From: an uncultured Solirubrobacteraceae bacterium
GTDB taxonomy: Bacteria; Actinomycetota; Thermoleophilia; Solirubrobacterales; Solirubrobacteraceae
NCBI GenBank assembly: GCA_963744685.1
Contig: CAVUUL010000006.1
Location: 301,749 to 365,748 of the forward strand
Direction: 5' to 3'
Length of the DNA: 64,000 bases
Shown: in pieces, positions 60,562-64,000 of the stretch
How positions within the stretch are numbered: position 1 is the first letter of the stretch
How the letters are laid out: the number at the start of each line of letters is the position of its first letter
Notes under the pieces: generated by a model
Seen by the model: only the letters and a program-made list of their open reading frames with translations
Told to the model about the DNA's origin: nothing
The model's database searches: none
Position numbers and translations under genes: made by a program

Positions 60562-61958
60562 AGGATCTGCTCCACCTCGCGCGCGGCGCGGTGGCCGGAG
60601 CTGACCGCGCCGTCCATGAACCCGTTCCACTGGCGCGCGGTCTCGGTGCCCGCCCAGTGGACGAGTCCATGGGGCACCGCGCGGCTGTGGCCGAAGTCGA
60701 CGAGCGTTCCGGGTCCCGGGATCGATGTCGGCCCACCGCGGCTCCAGGTCTCACTCACCCAGTCGGTCTCGAAGTAGTCACGCGCGTCGAGTGCGCGCGG
60801 ACCGAAGGCACGAGCGAAGCAGTGCAGAACGCCGCGCCGGCGGGCGTCAGGGGAGACCCCCACCCACAGCCGCCAGTCCTCGCCGCCGAGGAATCCCATG
60901 AGCACCCCCGGTGTGCCCTCGGGCGGGGTCTTGTCGAAGATCGAGCGGATCGGCGTGCCGTCACGCAGCGCCGCCATCCCGCACAGCCCCTCCTCGCGCC
61001 AGAACGGCGTGTCGTAGACGGCGTCGCACTTCATCAGCGTGCCGAACGGCAGCCGCCGCAGCAGCGCGTCCTGGGCCGGGGGGAGCGCGGGGTCCCAGGC
61101 GATCTCCGAGGCGAGCTGCGGTGGGACGGCAACGATCACGCGTGCCGCACTCCAGGTGCCGGCGTCGGAGTGCACACGCACAGAGCCGTCCTGCTCGATC
61201 CGTCGCACCGGCGCGTCGAGGATCACCCGTTCGCCCAGCTCCTCGGCGAGCCGCAGCGAGATGAGCTGGCTGCCGCCGACCAGGCGCGCCTCCTGAGCGC
61301 CGCCCTCCATCGCGATGCCGCGGTCGAGGTTGCCCGGGTGGGTGTCGTCGCCCATCATCGCGATGTACCACAGGCTGAACAGCAGCGAGACGTCGCGCGC
61401 CTCCGCGCCGAACGCCGAGCTGAGGAAGACGTTGAACCACTCCAGCGCGCCGGGGCCGAGGCCCGTGGTGGTCCGCCTCAGCCAGCTCTCGAAGGTGATC
61501 GAGTCCCACGCACGGGCTTTCGGGTGATCCCACGGCGCCTCCAGTGGGATCTGGCGGCACAGCTGGTTGACGCGAGCCATCGCGATCCCGAGACCCGGTA
61601 GCGCAAGATGGTCGGGAGGGACGTCTCCGTGATAGCGCTTCACGCGCCGCCCGTGGACGAACACCTGGTCCCCGCCGATTCCGGCCGGGAACGTCTCGAT
61701 GCCGAGCTCGCGGGCGAGCGACAGCACATGGACCTGGGTCGGTCCCACGTAGGCAGCTCCGGCCTCCACGACCGCCCCGCCGGCGATCTCGTGGTTGAGG
61801 GTGCGTCCGCCGACACGGGGCCGCGCCTCGAGCACGACGACCGACCGGCCGCCGCGGCTCAACTGTCGCGCCGCGGTCAGGCCGGCGAGGCCGGCGCCGA
61901 CGATGGCGACGTCGACCCGGCGCGGCTGTGGCGGCGTCGGCTCGGCGGGGGGCTCCAT
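60558..61958 (-). CDS. Flavin-containing amine oxidase (MAO-family, FAD-dependent)
   Basis: Dinucleotide fold VAIVGAGLAGLTAARQL...VVVLEARPRVGGR. C-terminal ...HWAGTETA...GFMDGAVSSG. Confidence 0.85.
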   Translation of the reverse strand: MEPPAEPTPPQPRRVDVAIVGAGLAGLTAARQLSRGGRSVVVLEARPRVGGRTLNHEIAGGAVVEAGAAYVGPTQVHVLSLARELGIETFPAGIGGDQVFVHGRRVKRYHGDVPPDHLALPGLGIAMARVNQLCRQIPLEAPWDHPKARAWDSITFESWLRRTTTGLGPGALEWFNVFLSSAFGAEARDVSLLFSLWYIAMMGDDTHPGNLDRGIAMEGGAQEARLVGGSQLISLRLAEELGERVILDAPVRRIEQDGSVRVHSDAGTWSAARVIVAVPPQLASEIAWDPALPPAQDALLRRLPFGTLMKCDAVYDTPFWREEGLCGMAALRDGTPIRSIFDKTPPEGTPGVLMGFLGGEDWRLWVGVSPDARRRGVLHCFARAFGPRALDARDYFETDWVSETWSRGGPTSIPGPGTLVDFGHSRAVPHGLVHWAGTETARQWNGFMDGAVSSGHRAAREVEQIL

Positions 61959-61992
61959 GGCGCAGGCATCACACCATAAACCGAACCTGAGT

Positions 61993-63594
61993 TCAACTAC
62001 GAATTGAGCACTCGCCTCGAGGGGGAAGCGACAGCGGCGCCGTCTCGTCGCTGACCACTCGGTTGCGGCCGGCGCGCTTGGCGCGGTAGAGCAGCTCGTC
62101 CGAGCGCGCGAGCAGCGTCGCGCGGGTGTCGGAGCCACCAGGGGAGCTGGTCGCCAGGCCGATGCTGATCGTGGGCGCGATCGTGGAGGGGACGGCGTTC
62201 CAGCGGTGGGTGGCGACCACGCTGCGCAGGCGCGAGAGCGACGCGGCCGCCTCGGTCGGGGTGACGCCAGGGGCGACGATCACGAACTCCTCGCCACCGA
62301 GCCTGACCGCGAACCCGTCGGGTGACATCTGCCGTGCGTGCTCGGCCAGGATCGTGGCCAGCTCACGCAGGATGGAGTCGCCGGTCTCGTGGGAATGCTC
62401 GTCGTTGACGCGCTTGAAGTGGTCGATGTCGAGCATCGCCAACGCCAGCTCGCAGGTGCCGACCAGTTCGGTGAGCCGGTCCTCGAGGTGGCGGCGGTTG
62501 TACATCCCGGTGAGCGGGTCGCGCACCGACAGCTCCTGGTAGTAGCGGCGCTGGTCACGCTCGCTCTGCGCCGCGTAGATGCTCTGGAGCACCGCGGCTC
62601 GCCGTTCGCTCTCCCCGCGCTCGAACTGGGCACGCTCGTCGACCAGCCGCCGCAGCCTTCGGTAGGCGCGCCGGTAGTCGCCGCGCTCGGCGTCGATCTC
62701 GGCCAGTGCGTCCAGCGCCTCGAGCGCGAACTCGGGGGTCATGGCGGCGAGCGCCTCCGAACGGCCGTGCCGGAGCAGGTGGGCGGCGTCGTCCAGGCGA
62801 CCCTGCTGGCGGCGCACAGCGGCCAGATGGATCCGCAGTGCCGCAGCGCTGTCGGGCTCGACGTGGTCTGTGTGGGTGAGGCCGAGCTCGAGCAGCCGCT
62901 CGGCCTCCTCCACCTCGCCGTTGGCGAGACGAAGCCAGCCCATCGTGTCGAGGTCCGCGGCCGAGGGGACCGCGCGGCCCTCGGCGACGAGCGTCGTCAT
63001 CTCATCCATCAGCTCGTAGGCGCGTGGGCGTCCCTCGTCGCACTGATGGGCTGTCCAGGCGAAGTTGTTGAGCACCAGCAGCAGGACGTCGGAATCGCCC
63101 AGCGCGCGGGCGCGGCGCAGGCTGTCCTCCAGCAGCTCCAGGTCGATCCCCCCGGCGCGGTCGTAGTTGGTGAGCATCGCGAGCACCATGTGGTGCTCGA
63201 CGTGCCAATGCGCGGGGCAGCTCGCATCGAGCAGCCGGACGCCCTCGTTGGCCGCATCCAGGCTCTGGGTGCGCAGCCCGATCCGGTCCCAGTTGGAGGC
63301 GAGGTAGAACTGGGCGCGCCCCTCCACCGTCAGCTGGCCCTCGGAGCGCGCTCGCTCAAGCATCGCGCGCTGCAGCTCGATGGCGCGATCGATCTTCCCA
63401 ACACGTGCGTGGCGGTCGGCGATCAGCAGCTCGGCACGCGCGAGCGTATGCGCATCGCCCTCGGCCAGTGCTCGGTCCCGCAGTTGGTCGGCGCGTTCCA
63501 GGAGCCCACCGAGCCGGACGTTGATCGCGATCTCAAGCGCCGTCGCCTCCTCGGCGGCGGACGGTTGTCGGACGGGTGCGTCGAGTGTTGACAC
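61993..63594 (-). CDS. TPR-like sensor domain fused to a GGDEF diguanylate cyclase
   Basis: ~350-aa helical-repeat N-terminus. The C-terminal part carries DPLTGMYNRRH...DIDHFKRVND...GGEEFVIV. Confidence 0.85.
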   Translation of the reverse strand: MSTLDAPVRQPSAAEEATALEIAINVRLGGLLERADQLRDRALAEGDAHTLARAELLIADRHARVGKIDRAIELQRAMLERARSEGQLTVEGRAQFYLASNWDRIGLRTQSLDAANEGVRLLDASCPAHWHVEHHMVLAMLTNYDRAGGIDLELLEDSLRRARALGDSDVLLLVLNNFAWTAHQCDEGRPRAYELMDEMTTLVAEGRAVPSAADLDTMGWLRLANGEVEEAERLLELGLTHTDHVEPDSAAALRIHLAAVRRQQGRLDDAAHLLRHGRSEALAAMTPEFALEALDALAEIDAERGDYRRAYRRLRRLVDERAQFERGESERRAAVLQSIYAAQSERDQRRYYQELSVRDPLTGMYNRRHLEDRLTELVGTCELALAMLDIDHFKRVNDEHSHETGDSILRELATILAEHARQMSPDGFAVRLGGEEFVIVAPGVTPTEAAASLSRLRSVVATHRWNAVPSTIAPTISIGLATSSPGGSDTRATLLARSDELLYRAKRAGRNRVVSDETAPLSLPPRGECSIRS

Positions 63595-63657
63595 CCGGGA
63601 GCCATCGGTCCGGTCCGCTCGCCGCTTGAGCAGGACCCGCCGGGGCTCGACGACTCG

Positions 63658-64000
63658 TCAATGCTGGCGGTTGAAATGCGTCAGCCGGCTGTGGCTGCGG
63701 TCCGGGGCGACCGCCGCGTCGTAGGGCGCGTAGATCCCGTCGCGAAGCAGCCGTTCTCTGGGGCCGGTGATGTGGAAGTCGGCGTGGCGCACCAGGCTGA
63801 CCGCGCGGGCGGGCCAGAAGACCGCGGTTGGGGGCGCTCCCTGGCCGCAGCCGCGCCCGTCGCCGGCTGAGCCGCCAGGGTTGGTGAACCACAGGAAGCC
63901 GTCGACGCCGGTGTAGCCGGTCTGGACCGACAACGGGCCGAGGCCGCGCCCGGGTGGGTTGCAGAGCTTCTCGTTGCCGTAGTCCTTGCGCGAGGTGGGA
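63658..64000 (-). CDS. GH6-family glycoside hydrolase, C-terminal fragment (5' end outside the window)
   Basis: The frame is open to the window edge. Sequence ...KLCNPPGRGLG...GVDGFLWFTNPGGSAGDG..C...FWPARAVSLVRHA resembles the GH6 C-terminal consensus (CN..G.G...D.f.W.K.PGEsDG...W). Confidence 0.55.
   Translation of the reverse strand, partial: PTSRKDYGNEKLCNPPGRGLGPLSVQTGYTGVDGFLWFTNPGGSAGDGRGCGQGAPPTAVFWPARAVSLVRHADFHITGPRERLLRDGIYAPYDAAVAPDRSHSRLTHFNRQH

Noticed and set aside
1-64000. CRISPR arrays, rRNA genes, insertion sequences, prophage or conjugation genes, toxin-antitoxin pairs, and recognisable multi-gene defence systems.
   Set aside because: I read both strands and the ORF track. 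I found no short regularly spaced direct repeats, no transposase, integrase, recombinase, reverse transcriptase or Cas signatures, and no small paired ORFs with TA-like motifs.

Overview
Very GC-rich window with strong GC3 codon bias, resembling an Actinomycetota chromosome. I call about 65 protein-coding genes, four of them apparently disrupted, and one tRNA-Glu(UUC). I recognised no rRNA, CRISPR array, transposase, integrase or phage gene.

Layout:
- 0-8.5 kb: stress and redox housekeeping (ArsB-like permease, AKR, a small ORF, OsmC, DUF385/F420-type protein, Kup, LLM oxidoreductase, HAD).
- 9-22 kb: tRNA-Glu and a GH1 beta-glucosidase, then a co-directional run of three large peptidases from different clans (S53 sedolisin, tricorn-type S41, S9 prolyl oligopeptidase). 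These are interleaved with a triple-repeat membrane protein, a lipoprotein and a secreted propeller-like protein.
- 22-30 kb: decayed LacI, SRPBCC, DUF1707-FHA, VOC, a stand-alone OLD-type Toprim protein, and an HK/OmpR pair divergent from an ABC-2 exporter.
- 30-46 kb: a mosaic block with a PadR/ABC-2/GT51/UppP envelope module, a GntR-linked PIG-L (GalB-like) / RraA (GalC-like) / VOC extradiol dioxygenase trio, UPF0104, a PolX with a degenerate polymerase site, and a broken MFS gene.
- 47-53 kb: sugar ABC system with a frameshifted permease, an amidohydrolase-like protein, and a cytochrome c lipoprotein coupled to an SMP-30 protein.
- 53-64 kb: GAF-GGDEF-EAL and TPR-GGDEF proteins, TetR-MFS, a tightly coupled amine oxidase / SRPBCC / class II aldolase / PfkB kinase operon, and a GH6 fragment.

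The most unusual signal is non-coding. Two inverted copies of a ~0.4-0.5 kb hairpin-rich repeat lie at 29568-29975 and 46293-46800. Each has terminal inverted repeats and reiterated TCAAGCAGCGCCCGC cores, and together they bracket the 30-46 kb block with no mobility gene in sight.

All calls come from by-eye reading of the sequence and the ORF track. Family assignments rest on recognised motifs, not on database searches.
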